Below, piece after piece: positions 28,285 through 38,679 of a DNA stretch of 64,000 bases. The stretch is taken from assembly GCA_902766965.1 (NCBI GenBank), contig CACXFJ010000033.1, forward strand, positions 2,589-66,588, read 5' to 3'. Every line of letters starts with the position of its first letter. The stretch's first letter is position 1. Below the pieces are notes generated by a model, which saw only the letters and a program-made list of their open reading frames with translations, had not been told where the DNA came from and made no database searches. This DNA is from an uncultured Eubacteriales bacterium (GTDB lineage Bacteria > Bacillota > Clostridia > Christensenellales > DTU072). Both the position numbers and the translations under genes were made by a program.

Positions 28285-30189
28285 TTATTCCTTTATATTT
28301 TTGTCTTTGTTTTTCGGGAATGAGATAAGAATTCTCGTTCCGCCGTTTACTTTGCTGTCGACGGTCACCGTCGCGGAAGAAAGAAGTCTTAATCTTTCCT
28401 TTGCGTTTTTTAGTCCGACGGAAGTCGGTTTTACGCTCTTTTCGTCGAAACCTACGCCGTTGTCGTTTATTTCCACGTTGTACGATTTGTTCGTTTCGTA
28501 AGTTTTTATTTCTATGTATCCGTTTGGGATATTTTCTACCTGCGAATACTTGAAAGCGTTTTCGATAAATGGTTGCAGGCTCAGTATCGGCAGTTCGAAA
28601 TCGTCGTCCATACAGTCGAGAAGTACGGTTATCGGCTTTTCTCTACGCATATTTTCAAGTTCTATATAGTTATTTATATTGTCGAGTTCCTGCGAGAAAG
28701 GCACTACGCCGACGGATGACGAGTCCACGTTCGCGCGTAAGTGTTTGCTGAACATAGTCAGAGCCTTATCGCCGACGGCTTTGTCCTTTTCGTACGCCGC
28801 CTGAATGTTGGTAAGACTGTTGAAAACAAAATGCGGTTTTATCTGCGCTTTCAGCGAGTCTGCGATAATGGCGTCGTGTTCCCGTTCGGTTTTCAGAGCT
28901 TTTATTACCGTAAGGGTGTTTTCTACTGAAATACTTCGGTAGAGAATAATTACGCTGAGCATTACGGGGAGCATGACGTAAGCAATGCTTCTTTCCATTC
29001 CCGCTATAGTAATGTCCGCAAGGTCGAAAGTCGTGCAGGTAACGAATATAGCCGAACTCAAAATAAACAGTCCGTATAAAACGTTTCGGTAATTTTTCGG
29101 CGGAAAAGTCTTTGCGAGGGGATAAGTAAAGGATATAAGACAAGCTACCGTAAGCATAGGCGCTATCGCCTGAACGAATCTGCCCATAAGAACGACGTAC
29201 AAAACGACGGCGATAATAGATATCGAACCGAAAACTATCGTCGGAACTCTATAATTTTCGATAATACCTTTTTTGTAAAAATGGTACAGAAGAGAGAAAA
29301 CGAGCAGTATATCCGCCACAAAGTTGACTTCCATAATGATATTGTAAGTGTTGAACCGCAGGAACGCCAAGAGTCTCCAATATACCGCTATCGAAAACAC
29401 GGTAAGTATCATCATTACGAACATAACTACGGAAAAAGAAAAATCGCGTTTTATTCGGTCCATACCGAAGTTTATTAAAAACGAGAATATAAACAGAGCT
29501 ATTACGAGCCCTAAAACTATGAAGCCTATGTTGTTGGTAAAAGACGGCGCGGAGGGAGAAATTTCCGTCGTGGAAATGGTAAGACGGGGAGGGCTCGAAA
29601 GACCGCCGCGCATATTAGACGACACTTCGAAGACTACCGTAAGAGGCTTTTCGTCCTTGACTATATAGGTAGCGGTGTATTCCGCTTCGCCGTTGGAGCG
29701 GCTTTCGCCGGTTTTTTGTCTTGTGCCGTATTTATAGACGCATTCTCCGTTAACGTAACCGTAACACGCTCCGATAAAGTTGTTATTGAGAAAATACACG
29801 GGAGTACCCGGTTTAAGTCCTTTTACCGTCAGCCGATAGGAAGCGTAACCGTCGTTAGTTAAACGTTTTCCGCCGATTATCGTGTCGGTGTAACGGTGCG
29901 GAACGGTGACTATCGCGTCGGGTTCACCGTCGTAGTTATCTTCCACTATCCATTTGTTGTAGAAAAACTCGTACGTTCCCGTCATGTGTTGTTTCGTATA
30001 AACGTTATCGGCGTCGAACCCGGAAAAATCGAGTACGCAGTCCTTAATATCGGGAAGTCCCATTTTTGAGTTCATAGTGCGGTTGCTCAAAACCAAACCC
30101 AAAATAGTCGCGACGATACAAAGGGCGCATACCGTCACGGTCAATACGGATAATATGGTAGTTTTTACAGTCACGTTCAGTTTTTTCAT
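28285..30189 (-). CDS. Sensor histidine kinase: 7TMR-DISM-type extracellular and 7-TM module plus LytS/YesM-type His_kinase and HATPase_c
   Basis: IKPHFVFNSLTNIQ phospho-acceptor box. GHKL motifs ENAFKYS, DNGVGFD, GLKNAKERL, GGTRILISFP. N-terminal TM, a ~200-aa extracellular domain, then 7 TM helices. Start moved to MKKLNV (30189) because the upstream ATG (30240) abuts the predicted -10. Confidence 0.8.
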   Translation of the reverse strand: MKKLNVTVKTTILSVLTVTVCALCIVATILGLVLSNRTMNSKMGLPDIKDCVLDFSGFDADNVYTKQHMTGTYEFFYNKWIVEDNYDGEPDAIVTVPHRYTDTIIGGKRLTNDGYASYRLTVKGLKPGTPVYFLNNNFIGACYGYVNGECVYKYGTRQKTGESRSNGEAEYTATYIVKDEKPLTVVFEVSSNMRGGLSSPPRLTISTTEISPSAPSFTNNIGFIVLGLVIALFIFSFLINFGMDRIKRDFSFSVVMFVMMILTVFSIAVYWRLLAFLRFNTYNIIMEVNFVADILLVFSLLYHFYKKGIIENYRVPTIVFGSISIIAVVLYVVLMGRFVQAIAPMLTVACLISFTYPLAKTFPPKNYRNVLYGLFILSSAIFVTCTTFDLADITIAGMERSIAYVMLPVMLSVIILYRSISVENTLTVIKALKTEREHDAIIADSLKAQIKPHFVFNSLTNIQAAYEKDKAVGDKALTMFSKHLRANVDSSSVGVVPFSQELDNINNYIELENMRREKPITVLLDCMDDDFELPILSLQPFIENAFKYSQVENIPNGYIEIKTYETNKSYNVEINDNGVGFDEKSVKPTSVGLKNAKERLRLLSSATVTVDSKVNGGTRILISFPKNKDKNIKE

Positions 30190-30432
30190 TTTACCGCCGA
30201 TAAATTTAATAATACAGTCGCAGGATAACCCCGTCGGCATAATTATAATAATGATACCATTGTAACAAAGATAAAAGATAGCGGCAACGGGTAAAAAAAT
30301 TTTTTTTGATAAAAAAATAAAAAATTTATTGCCGAATGCAAATATTCACGCTTTGTTGGCACTTCGTTTCGTAATATATAATCGGTGACGAAAAAGTCTA
30401 CTTTTTTTGATAGGAAACAGGAGGTAGTTTAT

Positions 30433-33400
30433 ATGTCCAAAGGGAAGAAAATCATTTGTGCATTGATAGCGACTGCGGTCATGATAGCGGTTGTTTTTAC
30501 GTTCGTTGCGTGCAAAGACAAACCCGGCACGACGACCGACTATTCGGCTACTAACGGAACGTATTATCGTTTTTCCGACGGCAAGGCCAATAAAGCGGAA
30601 TTCATTACTCTCGCCGACGGCAAATGGAAAGACGAGAAAAACGACGAAGGTACTTACGAAATTTCGGGGACGGAGATAAAAATCTTTTCCGAAGCGTTCG
30701 GAGAGAAAGCCGAACTTTATTCGGGTACGATAGCCGAAGGAACGCTTACTTTAAGGTTAGGCGGACTCGAAAGGGTATATAAACGCGACGTCAGCGAAAT
30801 CCCCGTAGAAAAGGGAGAGAAAGTAGCCGCGCCGACGTTAAAGGTGGAAGACTACGCTACGATTTGTTGGAACAAGGTGGCGGGGGCTAAGGGCTATAAA
30901 CTCACCGTCGACGGACAGGGAATAAACGTCGGCTCCGATAAAGACTCGTACGTTATGGAAAACGCGGCGGTAGGTTCGCACAACGCGAAGATAGTGGCTC
31001 TTGCCGAAACGGAAGACTGTAATTCCGACGAAGCGGAACTTAATTTTAATTTCGATTTGTACGCCGACGGCAACGGTACCGAAGCGACTCCTTACGGCAT
31101 ATCTACGAAAGAACAATTCTACAACATAAAAGAATTTGCCGATAAATACTTCGTCATCAAGAAGCAAAACAGTTTCGGCGGAGCGGTTTTCGACGGAGAT
31201 ACCGTAGAAATCAACCGTAAACTGACGGCGGAAGACGGAGCGGTCATCGATAACGTAACCATAAAAAAAGACCTTATTAACGTAAACGCCGACGCGGTTG
31301 CGGACGGATTAAAGTTTACCAACGTCATAAACGGCGGAGCGGCGATAGTTTCTTCCAACAAAGGAACGGTCCGTAATTTATCCGTAAGCGGACAGTATTC
31401 CGGCAGTATATCCTATCCTACCGCTATCCTTATAAACTCGAATAGCGGCGTCGCGGAAAACTGTACCGTAAGCGGAACCGCGAAAGGATTTTTCTCCGCT
31501 ATAGTATATAACGGATCGAACGGCGTTATTAGGAACGTGACTTCCGACCTTACCGTCGAGATAAAAAGCGAAAGAGCCGATATGATAGCTCCGAGCGATA
31601 TGGGTTTCGTATGCGGTGGAAACTACGGAACGATAGCCTCTTCCGTGGCGATAGGTTCTATCTCGTTCGACGTATCGTACGAAGGTAACGTAATGGGCAG
31701 CTACGGACTTTATACCTCGATAGGAACTTTCGTCGGCAGGAACGGCGGCAATATCTCCGAGTGTTACTCCAAAGTAAACGTGGAAGGCAGCATTTACGAC
31801 AAGTTCGACTCCATTATGATAGGCGGTTTCGCGGGGAGCAACGATAGCGAAGAAGCAGTGATTTCCACTTCCGCATACGCCGGTACGTTTGCTCTTACCG
31901 TGGATAAAAATATGGGCAGTCTGAAAATAGGCGGTTTTATCGGCACGGTAGACAAGGGCAGAGTGGAACATTGCCTTGCGGCTAATAAAATAACGATAAC
32001 CTGCAAAAAGTTCGAATCCGACTTCGGTTGGTCGGCGTCGAATTGCAAATACGGCGGTTTCGCCGGGCGTAACTTAGGCGCGATATCCGATAGCTATGCG
32101 GGCGGACTCGACATAAGCGGAGCGGAAGGCTCGACCAACGCTTTCGGTAATATGGAAAACAACGGTTCGGCAAACGGCTGTTTCGTTTCGACCGACGAGA
32201 ACGTAGCTTTGGACGGCGATTTTTGGTTCATACCGAGAAACGGGTCTCCCGTACTTTTGGCTCTCTCCGACGTGAAGGCTATCGAAGGTACTTGCGAAAT
32301 AACCCGTAACGGCAACACGATAAGTTGGGAAGCCGTCGAAAACGCCGACTACTACGAATATACCGTAAACGACGTAAGATACTACGCACAAAACACCTCC
32401 GCTACACTTTCCTTTACCGAAAAAGGAGATTATACGGTCACCGTTCGTCCCTGTTCGGATACCCGTTTGCCGGGTGAAAAGACTTCGATAAGTTTCTCCG
32501 TAAGAGAACTTGTCTTCAAAGTGGAAAATAACGGCAATATCTCGGAACAAAAATATTATCTCGGAGAAAACGGCAGTTTCGTAGTGCCCGCTTTCGACGC
32601 GGTAAGGGAAGGATATACCTTTGCCGGATGGACGGTAGACGACGTCGAATACGCGGAAGGCGATACCGTTACGGTTGTCGAAGACCTTATACTCGAACCG
32701 AAGTTTAATATAAACAGTTATAGGCTCGTGGTTGAAATCAGGGATAAAAATTTCCAAAGCAAAAAAATATACGACCAAGACGTAGTTTATAATACGAGTT
32801 TGAACTCCGTTTTGGATACGTTGTCCTGGAAGATAGAAAACTGGGACGAAAACGGCTATTCGTTTATCGGGTGGAAAAATGATAAGTGGTATGAGTCTTT
32901 GCCCGAAAAGATGCCCGCAAGGTCTCTTACGGTAGTTGCCGATTATAATCGCAATAGGTATACGGTAACGTTAAATCACAATTACGACGGGTCCGAAAAT
33001 ATCGAACACACGTTTTATTATCACTCTGACGTGTCGTATAATATGAGCAATACGCCAAGAAAAGGCTACACCTTCTTGGGTTGGTACAAGGACCGCGATT
33101 GTACGAGCGGAAACGAAATGCAGAATATATGGATGCCCGCAAAAAATCTCGAATTCTTTGCGAAATGGTCGCTTGACGTTTTCCGCATCACCGTTGACGC
33201 AAACGGCGGCGAATACGCAGACGAAATACCTGCCGAATACACAGTAGAGTCCGAAGATATCGTTTTGCCGACGCCGACGAAGACGGGTTATACGTTCGGC
33301 GGTTGGTCGGTGAACGGCGAAGGCAGTTACTACACGTTGAAAAAGGGCGAATTCGTAACGAACCTTGCGCTTAAAGCGATATTCACGGCAAACGAATATA

Positions 33401-36400
33401 ACGTAAACTTTGCTTACGACGGAGTAAAAGTGTCTCATATCGTCACTTTCGACACGACGAGATATGACGGTTCTAAGACGAACTATCCCGTAAGCGAAGG
33501 CTCTAAGATTTTCCCGCCCTATCAAAACAAGACGCAGAAATATATTATTCGCGGTTGGTACGACAATCCCGACTTAAAGGGTAAGCCGTTCGATTTCGAG
33601 AACGCGAAAATAGACAGGGATATTACGCTTTATCTTAAAGCGGATAAAATAGCCGACGACGTCTTGGCTGCGTACAATGCGGCAAGTGGCGCTCATTTAG
33701 GCGTAATGAGAGGAAAGTTAGAGGATATATCATACGGTGGCACCTACGTATTTATTGCGGCAAGCGCAGACGGTAGCGAAGACGTGGATTTCGAAGCGTT
33801 CTTCATTGCCCAAGGTAAAGGTTTGAACGGCGATTCTTGGGAAATGTATTATACCGACTTGGTAACGAACGAAGAATTCGTATTCCGCAAGGACGGTCCG
33901 TACACAGCCGGAAGTACGAAAACGTATTACTCCACAAACAGGAACAACGGCGTCTATACTCTCAAAAACGGAAGAGCATATAAGTTCAAGTTCCGTATGA
34001 CGACCAGCAATACTATCGCTATCGACGGTTATTTCGGACCGAAAACCGCGTTTACTTATCCCGGCGAAGGCTGCGCTATGACGAACGAAGGAAAGTTCAA
34101 GGTGGCTTACGATTCCGCGATAGGTACTTTGCCCCCTTTGTCGAAGACGGGTTATATTTTCGACGGTTGGTACGTTGAAGGCGACGAAACGCAAACCGCA
34201 ATAACCGCCGATACCGTAATGCGTTACACCAACGATATTACTCTCGTGCCTAAATTCACTTTACTGACGTCGACGATTTCTTTCGAATGTGACGGCGGCA
34301 CGCTGACTGACGGCAGTACGCTCGAAGACTGGGTTTGCTCGGTAGAAAATCAGACGAAATATCTCGGAGAATTGCCGCTCGTTAAAGACGGATATAGGTT
34401 TATGGGCTGGTATGAAGATAATCTGTTTACGAAACGTATATACTATATAGGATATTCTTACTATCCCAAAGGAACGACCATATACGCATATTTCGAAAAG
34501 TTGTATTATATCAATTACGTATTCCCCGAAGAAGTAAACCAAACGAAAGACTCGACGGAAACGATACGGACGGAAACGTATAGTCTTCCTACGATAGCCG
34601 TCGACGGATATAGGTTTATGGGTTGGTATACGGAAGAAACTTTCGAAAACGAAATAACGAGCATAGACAATCCTACCGCCGACGTGACAGTGTACGCGCA
34701 TTACGAAAAAATTTATTATGCAACCTTTGATTTCGGCGATAACGGCGGAGCGTGGAAAGCAAACTCTGCGCCCGCGACGACGGAATATACCCGACTCGAC
34801 GCGCTTGACTTTTCGAATAACGAAGTTGCGCCGCCCGCTAATTATCAGTTCGTCGGGTGGAAAATAAACGGAAACGAAGTTTCTATAAATTGTAAAGAAT
34901 GGGTTATTGCGGCAGGAACAACTGCCGACGCTACGTTTACCGCAGTATACGAAAGACGTTCCGACGGTATACTTTACCAGGAAATCATTACCAACAACGT
35001 TTCTCGTCTGAAAGCCTCGTTCCCGGAGGAAAAAGGTACGTTGGAAGAAGACGTAGTAATTCCTGCCTACGTCAGATGGGGCAAGTATCGTTATTTGCCC
35101 GTTCAATCGGTATTTAGCAGCGGAGGTAATGGTATGCGCAATTATTCCATAAATTCCGTTACGTTAGGCAGCGGAATAGAAAAGATAGAGTTTCATGCTT
35201 TTTACGGAATATTTGCAAATTACGTATATATACCGGCTACCGTTACCGAAATAGAGAGTTATGCGTTTGTATATAATACGAATTATCAAGCAGAAAACTT
35301 GAAATGGGGCGTCAATCAATATATGAACATCATGTACGAAGGCGCGGAGTGGATTTTTGACGACGCGGAATGGATATCTATATACCAGTCTTTCAAATAC
35401 AACGCGACCGCTATTATGTCTTTCTGGCTATTAAAAGACGAGTGGTATCGCCCGATAGCGAACGTAAAGAATTTCCAACTTTCCGATACGGAAGATATCG
35501 TCAATTTTAACGACGGAACCATTGGCATTGCGAAATATAGAGGAAGCGATACGGTTATTGATTTGACCGACAGAAACGTTTCTTACGTAATGCCCGGAGC
35601 TTATCTTAACAATACTTCGATAACGGAGTTCAGAATTCCCGCGAACGTTACCGTAGGCGCAAGCGCGTTCTGCGGTTGCAATGGGGTAAAGAAAATAGAA
35701 ACAGCAACCGATTTCGATATAGACGGAGCTTTCTGCGATAATTACTGCAAGGAAAAGACAGACGATAACGGCGAAAAAAGGCAAATATGCTTTTACTACG
35801 GACCGCAAACGAACGGTTCGGTCGAACTCGTTTCTTCTGCGGAGACGATGACTTACGATTTGTCGAACTTAAAAAAGACCATAAAAAGCGTTACGCTGTC
35901 GAATGTTACGGAGATAAAAGACGGTTTGTTTACCGATTGTACGTACTTGACCGAAATAAATCTTACCTCCGAAAAGTTGACGAATATAGGAGCGAACGCG
36001 TTTGCGATTACCACGACCAGGTCTACGCCCGTAAATACGAAAATGACGATAGCGTCCGAGCTCGTCGTTATGGACTCGACTGCATTCGACGGTAACCGCG
36101 CGATAAGCAGTTACGTAGGGACTTCGCAAGCGTATCCTTATATTAAAAGCTATGTGACCGCGACCGAAATCACCGTTCTCGGCACGGAGATACAGAGTTC
36201 GGCTTTCGAGCAATCGAAGTTTACCAAAGTGACGATATCTTCTACTATTACTTCGATAGGCAATGGAGCGTTTTCGAACTGTAAATTACAAACCGTCGTG
36301 TTTGAAGAAGGCACTCAATTGACGACCATAGGAGGCGGAGCGTTTTTCTGCTGTTACTCTTTGGGAAATTTCGAAATTCCGTCTACCGTAACCACGATTG

Positions 36401-38550
36401 GCGGAAGCGCATTCGATTATTGCCCTTTGACAAGCATCAATATCCCCGTCGGCGTAACTTCGATAGGTGATAGTGCTTTCATGAATGGCAGTTACCTTAA
36501 ATCGGTGTATATCACCGACCTCGGAGCGTGGTGTAATATCGCTTTTGGAACGGCGGCAAGCAATCCGTTGGTTGGCGGCGGAACGCTGTATCTTAACGGC
36601 GAAGCGTTGACGGATATCGTAGTTCCCGCGGAAGTAACGGAATTAGCTCCTTTCGCTTTCACCGGAAGCAAGATTAAGAGCGTCACTATATCCGACGGCG
36701 TAACCAAGATAGGTGAAAGCGCGTTTCACGGATGCACGTCTTTAACGAGCGTGCATATCCCGTCTTCCGTTGCGGCGATAGACAAGTATGCTTTCGCTAA
36801 TTGTACCGCAATTACCGCAGTATATATCACGGACGTGAACGCTTGGAGCAATATACAGTTCGGCGTAGGGAGAAGCAACCCGTTATCTTACGGCGCGACG
36901 CTGTACGTAAACGGAGAAGCGTTGACCGATCTCGTCGTTGCGGAAGGCACGACGGAAATAAAGCCTTATGTGTTCCGGGGAAGTACGATACAAAGCGTAA
37001 CCATACCGAGTAGCGTTACCGTTATAGGAGAAGGCGCGTTCGATAAGTGCTCAAATCTCACGAGTGTGGTTTTCGCTACCGGCAGTCGTTTGACCACTAT
37101 CGGAGACGAAGCTTTTTCGAGTACGGCTATAATAAACTTGGTAATTCCCGCAACCGTGACTACGATAGGCAACAACGCGTTCGGAGGAGCGGAACGCGCG
37201 CCGAACACTACGCTTACTTCCGTTACTTTCGAAGAAGGCAGCCGGCTCACGGTTATGGGACAAAAAATGTTTTATAATTGCACGGCTTTGACGAGCGTCG
37301 TTTTGCCTGCGAACTTAACCGAAATAGGCGACTACGCGTTCTATTATTGTTCAGCGTTGGAGAGTATAGATATTCCGACGTCCGTTACCGCTATAGGCGA
37401 CAGAGCGTTCGGTTATTGTTCCGCATTGACGAGCGTCGAATTACCCGCCGGGCTGACTACGATACGTGACTACGCGTTCTATTCGTGCGGAGCGTTGACA
37501 AGCGTAAATATTCCCGCTTCTGTCACGAGCATAGGTAATGCCGCATTTTACGGGTGCGGAAATATTACGTCCGTAAGCATCACAAATCTTTTGTCGTGGC
37601 TTAATATAGATTTTGCGAATACGATGAGCAATCCTTTGTGCGCAAAAGCAAAACTCTATCTCAACGGCGAAGAATTAACGTCAATCGTTATTCCCGACAG
37701 CGTGACCGAGATAAAGAAAAACGTATTTGCGGAATTCGCCGCATTGCAGAGCGTAACCTTGCACGATAACGTCGCAAGCATCGGAGAAAACGCTTTCTAT
37801 GGGTGTACGTCGTTATCGAGCATAAGTATTCCAGAAGCGGTGACTTCGATAAGTGAGTTCGCCTTTGCAAATACCGCGTTGCAAACCGTTACCATACATA
37901 ATAAGATTACCGACATAGGTAGGGCCGCATTCAGTGGTTGTTCCGCGTTGACGAGCGTCGTTTTTGCCGACGGCAGTCAATTGACGAACATAGGAGCACA
38001 CGCGTTCAGTAACTGTTCCGCATTGACGAACATAAATCTTCCGACGTCCGTTACGACGTTGGGCGAATATGCGTTCCAGAAGTGTACGTCGCTTGCAACG
38101 GTAACGTTGGGTAGTATAACCGAGTTAAAAACGAATACGTTCTACAATTGTACGTCGCTTGTAAACGTTACGCTTCCGTCTTCCGTTACTGCGATAGGAA
38201 ATCAGGCGTTCTACGGTTGCACGAAGTTAGCGAGCGTGAAGATACCCGACGCAGTCACGACGATAGGAGATCAAGCGTTCTATGGATGCAGAGCTTTGAC
38301 CAACGTGACTATCAGCGGAAAATGCGTGGTTGCGTCTATCGGTAAAGATTCGTTCTCGGGTTGTACGTCGCTGAAAGAAATTCGCTTCCCCATAACGCTC
38401 AAAAAAGTCGGAGAAAGCGCATTCTCCGGTTGTACGGCAATGGCTACGATTACGTTCGGCGCAAGTCAAAGTTCTATCGAATTCGGCAGATATTGGAAAT
38501 ATCACTGCCCCGACACGCTTGTGGTCAAATATAACGTTATTTATGCTTAA
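30433..38550 (+). CDS. Giant surface lipoprotein (2,705 aa): FN3-like domains, GLUG-like region, nine InlB-B repeats and a BspA-type LRR array
   Basis: ATG 30433 follows AGGAGG; the GTG at 30385 lies in the leader. Lipobox FVAC. GGFAG/GGFIG GLUG-like motifs. Nine GY.F.GW modules (about 32500-34960). LRR_5 units run from about 35050 to 38470. Confidence 0.9.
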   Translation: MSKGKKIICALIATAVMIAVVFTFVACKDKPGTTTDYSATNGTYYRFSDGKANKAEFITLADGKWKDEKNDEGTYEISGTEIKIFSEAFGEKAELYSGTIAEGTLTLRLGGLERVYKRDVSEIPVEKGEKVAAPTLKVEDYATICWNKVAGAKGYKLTVDGQGINVGSDKDSYVMENAAVGSHNAKIVALAETEDCNSDEAELNFNFDLYADGNGTEATPYGISTKEQFYNIKEFADKYFVIKKQNSFGGAVFDGDTVEINRKLTAEDGAVIDNVTIKKDLINVNADAVADGLKFTNVINGGAAIVSSNKGTVRNLSVSGQYSGSISYPTAILINSNSGVAENCTVSGTAKGFFSAIVYNGSNGVIRNVTSDLTVEIKSERADMIAPSDMGFVCGGNYGTIASSVAIGSISFDVSYEGNVMGSYGLYTSIGTFVGRNGGNISECYSKVNVEGSIYDKFDSIMIGGFAGSNDSEEAVISTSAYAGTFALTVDKNMGSLKIGGFIGTVDKGRVEHCLAANKITITCKKFESDFGWSASNCKYGGFAGRNLGAISDSYAGGLDISGAEGSTNAFGNMENNGSANGCFVSTDENVALDGDFWFIPRNGSPVLLALSDVKAIEGTCEITRNGNTISWEAVENADYYEYTVNDVRYYAQNTSATLSFTEKGDYTVTVRPCSDTRLPGEKTSISFSVRELVFKVENNGNISEQKYYLGENGSFVVPAFDAVREGYTFAGWTVDDVEYAEGDTVTVVEDLILEPKFNINSYRLVVEIRDKNFQSKKIYDQDVVYNTSLNSVLDTLSWKIENWDENGYSFIGWKNDKWYESLPEKMPARSLTVVADYNRNRYTVTLNHNYDGSENIEHTFYYHSDVSYNMSNTPRKGYTFLGWYKDRDCTSGNEMQNIWMPAKNLEFFAKWSLDVFRITVDANGGEYADEIPAEYTVESEDIVLPTPTKTGYTFGGWSVNGEGSYYTLKKGEFVTNLALKAIFTANEYNVNFAYDGVKVSHIVTFDTTRYDGSKTNYPVSEGSKIFPPYQNKTQKYIIRGWYDNPDLKGKPFDFENAKIDRDITLYLKADKIADDVLAAYNAASGAHLGVMRGKLEDISYGGTYVFIAASADGSEDVDFEAFFIAQGKGLNGDSWEMYYTDLVTNEEFVFRKDGPYTAGSTKTYYSTNRNNGVYTLKNGRAYKFKFRMTTSNTIAIDGYFGPKTAFTYPGEGCAMTNEGKFKVAYDSAIGTLPPLSKTGYIFDGWYVEGDETQTAITADTVMRYTNDITLVPKFTLLTSTISFECDGGTLTDGSTLEDWVCSVENQTKYLGELPLVKDGYRFMGWYEDNLFTKRIYYIGYSYYPKGTTIYAYFEKLYYINYVFPEEVNQTKDSTETIRTETYSLPTIAVDGYRFMGWYTEETFENEITSIDNPTADVTVYAHYEKIYYATFDFGDNGGAWKANSAPATTEYTRLDALDFSNNEVAPPANYQFVGWKINGNEVSINCKEWVIAAGTTADATFTAVYERRSDGILYQEIITNNVSRLKASFPEEKGTLEEDVVIPAYVRWGKYRYLPVQSVFSSGGNGMRNYSINSVTLGSGIEKIEFHAFYGIFANYVYIPATVTEIESYAFVYNTNYQAENLKWGVNQYMNIMYEGAEWIFDDAEWISIYQSFKYNATAIMSFWLLKDEWYRPIANVKNFQLSDTEDIVNFNDGTIGIAKYRGSDTVIDLTDRNVSYVMPGAYLNNTSITEFRIPANVTVGASAFCGCNGVKKIETATDFDIDGAFCDNYCKEKTDDNGEKRQICFYYGPQTNGSVELVSSAETMTYDLSNLKKTIKSVTLSNVTEIKDGLFTDCTYLTEINLTSEKLTNIGANAFAITTTRSTPVNTKMTIASELVVMDSTAFDGNRAISSYVGTSQAYPYIKSYVTATEITVLGTEIQSSAFEQSKFTKVTISSTITSIGNGAFSNCKLQTVVFEEGTQLTTIGGGAFFCCYSLGNFEIPSTVTTIGGSAFDYCPLTSINIPVGVTSIGDSAFMNGSYLKSVYITDLGAWCNIAFGTAASNPLVGGGTLYLNGEALTDIVVPAEVTELAPFAFTGSKIKSVTISDGVTKIGESAFHGCTSLTSVHIPSSVAAIDKYAFANCTAITAVYITDVNAWSNIQFGVGRSNPLSYGATLYVNGEALTDLVVAEGTTEIKPYVFRGSTIQSVTIPSSVTVIGEGAFDKCSNLTSVVFATGSRLTTIGDEAFSSTAIINLVIPATVTTIGNNAFGGAERAPNTTLTSVTFEEGSRLTVMGQKMFYNCTALTSVVLPANLTEIGDYAFYYCSALESIDIPTSVTAIGDRAFGYCSALTSVELPAGLTTIRDYAFYSCGALTSVNIPASVTSIGNAAFYGCGNITSVSITNLLSWLNIDFANTMSNPLCAKAKLYLNGEELTSIVIPDSVTEIKKNVFAEFAALQSVTLHDNVASIGENAFYGCTSLSSISIPEAVTSISEFAFANTALQTVTIHNKITDIGRAAFSGCSALTSVVFADGSQLTNIGAHAFSNCSALTNINLPTSVTTLGEYAFQKCTSLATVTLGSITELKTNTFYNCTSLVNVTLPSSVTAIGNQAFYGCTKLASVKIPDAVTTIGDQAFYGCRALTNVTISGKCVVASIGKDSFSGCTSLKEIRFPITLKKVGESAFSGCTAMATITFGASQSSIEFGRYWKYHCPDTLVVKYNVIYA

Positions 38551-38627
38551 AGCATATAAAAGGTAACGACTGCGGAGGGGAGCGAGAATATCGTTTCAAT
38601 CCCGGTCGTTGCCGAAAGGCAAAAAGA

Positions 38628-38662
38628 AAACGGCGAAGGGAATTAAAATCCTTTCGCCGTTT
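38628..38662. terminator. Bidirectional terminator between convergent giant gene 2 and eda
   Basis: 14-bp stem AAACGGCGAAGGGA / TCCTTTCGCCGTTT (one G-U pair). A-rich on the left flank and T-rich on the right. Confidence 0.75.
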
Positions 38663-38679
38663 GATATTTTGTAGATAAA

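Noticed and set aside
30293-30307. The A7T8 tract between the kinase and giant gene 2 as a phase-variation switch.
   Set aside because: It lies outside the predicted -35/-10 spacers of both divergent promoters. I have no read-level evidence of length variation. It is kept only as a remark under the two-component-system finding.
11392-38550. Giant ORFs as NRPS/PKS megasynthases or as RHS/toxin-delivery proteins.
   Set aside because: They contain no adenylation, condensation, KS or AT motifs, no YD/RHS repeats and no recognisable C-terminal toxin domain. The repeats are LRR_5 and InlB-B type, and export signals are present.
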